From an uncultured Limnohabitans sp. (lineage in GTDB: Bacteria; Pseudomonadota; Gammaproteobacteria; Burkholderiales; Burkholderiaceae_C), in the NCBI GenBank assembly GCA_964589665.1, contig CAZPTM010000001.1, positions 1 to 48,237 on the forward strand: a DNA stretch of 48,237 bases, given 5' to 3'. A model generated the notes under the pieces. The model had not been told where the DNA came from, made no database searches, and saw nothing but the letters and a program-made list of their open reading frames with translations. Positions 46,971-48,237 of this stretch are shown piece by piece; within the stretch, counting starts at the first letter, position 1, and each line of letters starts with the position of its first letter. The position numbers and the translations under genes were made by a program.

Positions 46971-47008
46971 TTTTAACTGACATTGATGTGTGTCAATTTA
47001 TCTTTACT
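46965..47008. promoter_or_regulatory. Tandem degenerate PpsR sites, 8 bp apart, at the bchC start
   Basis: TTTCATTTTTAACTGACA (46965-82) and TGTCAATTTATCTTTACT (46991-47008), each one mismatch from TGT-N12-ACA. Confidence 0.65.
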
Positions 47009-47035
47009 ATTTGGATTAAATATTGGGGTTATCCC

Positions 47036-48181
47036 TCATTTTGTTGCCCTGATGACCTGGGCGTGGATCGACATGCCCGTGCGCACTGGGGTCACCGTGT
47101 CAAAACCCGCCTGACGCAACAGGCACTCGTAATCCTGGCGGCTGCGCAGGCGGCCGTCGCCCATGGCCATGAGGTAGAAGTGAAAGTAGGCGCTGGCGTT
47201 GGCCTGATCCAGCTCGGCATGGGCCATGGGCTCGGCCAGCAGCAACTGCCCGCCTACGGGCAAGGCCTCCCAGGCCTTTCGCAGCAAGTCGACCACCACC
47301 TCGTCGCTGTGATCGTGGCCGATGCGCACCAGGGTGATGAGGTCCGCACCGCGTGGCAAGGGGTCGGTTTTGAAGCTGCCTGCGTGGCACTCGAAGCGCC
47401 CGCTCAGGCCCGCTTGCTTCAAGCGCTCTGCCGCCAACGCCACCACAGGCGGCAAGTCAAACAATTGCAGCCGCAGCCCAGGGAACTGCTGCCCCACACG
47501 TGTCATGAGCCGTCCCAAGCCGCAGCCCACGTCCATCACACAACGGTGTTGACCAAATCGATGCGACGCCAGCACCTCCTCCACCACGAACACCTGAGAG
47601 AGGTCCATGAGCTCGCTATAGCGCTGGCTTTGCTGCACGGAAGTCGCGTCCAGGGTGGCACGGTCGGCCATGCCTTCAACATAGGGCCAGAACGCGTGCA
47701 TCAGCCCACCTCGCTCGCGCAGGAAGACCTCGGGCTCGGCCAGGTCGCGGTAGAGCAATTGGTTGTGCTCCACCATGGCTTGCAAGCCGAGGTGCGAGAG
47801 CAATGGCAAGGCGAGCGCGGCGAGCGCGTAACGACCATCGCGCTGGCGACGCAGCAGCCCCAGCGATTGCGCAGCCCCCAACAACGCAAGCAATCGTGAC
47901 TCGGGCACCTGAACCTGTTGTGCCAAGGCCTTGGGGCTTAGGGCATCCTGCGCGAGCCGTTCAAAGAGTTTGAGCCGCACGCACGCCACCAACACCTGGG
48001 TGTTGGCAAAGCCGCTCATGAGGTCGTAGAGGCGCACCGTGCGCCGCCGCGTCACCCAGCGCGTGAGGGGGTTGCCGCGAAGAAAGTTATAGAGTTGCGG
48101 GTCGCTCAGCCGCCGTTCGACACGCAGCAAGGAACGCTGCCCCCAGTCACCTAGCCATCGCCAAGGTGCAAGAGCCATCAC
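47036..48181 (-). CDS. crtF: Hydroxyneurosporene/demethylspheroidene O-methyltransferase
   Basis: P.TR...RR, DL..GF...QVL.ACV, AMVEHN.LLY.DL, YS.LM..SQ, DVGCG.G, HDH.D, AYF.FYLMAMG.GR. Confidence 0.93.
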   Translation of the reverse strand: MMALAPWRWLGDWGQRSLLRVERRLSDPQLYNFLRGNPLTRWVTRRRTVRLYDLMSGFANTQVLVACVRLKLFERLAQDALSPKALAQQVQVPESRLLALLGAAQSLGLLRRQRDGRYALAALALPLLSHLGLQAMVEHNQLLYRDLAEPEVFLRERGGLMHAFWPYVEGMADRATLDATSVQQSQRYSELMDLSQVFVVEEVLASHRFGQHRCVMDVGCGLGRLMTRVGQQFPGLRLQLFDLPPVVALAAERLKQAGLSGRFECHAGSFKTDPLPRGADLITLVRIGHDHSDEVVVDLLRKAWEALPVGGQLLLAEPMAHAELDQANASAYFHFYLMAMGDGRLRSRQDYECLLRQAGFDTVTPVRTGMSIHAQVIRATK

Positions 48182-48237
48182 GCTCTGATGCTCCTCATGC
48201 CCAGGCTCGCGCGACTCGACCCTCGCTCGGATGAGCT

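Noticed and set aside
48182-48237. 3' end of crtE, expected upstream of crtF
   Set aside because: Only 56 nt visible with no diagnostic motif; cannot be supported

Overview
Nearly the whole window (about 4.0-48.2 kb) is an anoxygenic type-II photosynthesis gene cluster (PGC) of betaproteobacterial (Rubrivivax/Limnohabitans-like, Burkholderiales) type. Order: [Lon N-domain gene, partial] - intergenic remnant - MsbA-like ABC exporter(-), hemA/GluTR(-, interrupted), dxs(-) <> bciB-bchIDO(+) >< tspO-bchP-pucC-like-bchG-ppsR-ppaA(-) <> bchFNBHLM-lhaA-puhABC-acsF-puhE-crtI-crtB(+) >< crtC-crtD-crtA-ispH-pufC-pufM-pufL-pufA-orf75-pufB-bchZYXC-crtF(-). The aerobic cyclase acsF is present, while bchE, bchJ, pucBA, idi and cytochrome c2 are not in the window. 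This fits an aerobic anoxygenic phototroph, although those genes may lie elsewhere. Most notable: (1) a putatively PpsR-controlled precursor module (dxs + glutamyl-tRNA reductase + ABC exporter) whose hemA has one in-frame TAA in the GAGEM motif; (2) ispH inserted between pufC and crtA; (3) a PufQ-like ORF between pufB and pufA flanked by an 11-bp direct repeat; (4) PpsR palindromes whose arms double as sigma70 -35 boxes, some with near-leaderless geometry. pufB is missing from the ORF track and was translated by hand. No rRNA, tRNA, CRISPR array or transposase was recognised. All calls rest on motif recognition and synteny; no database search was run.
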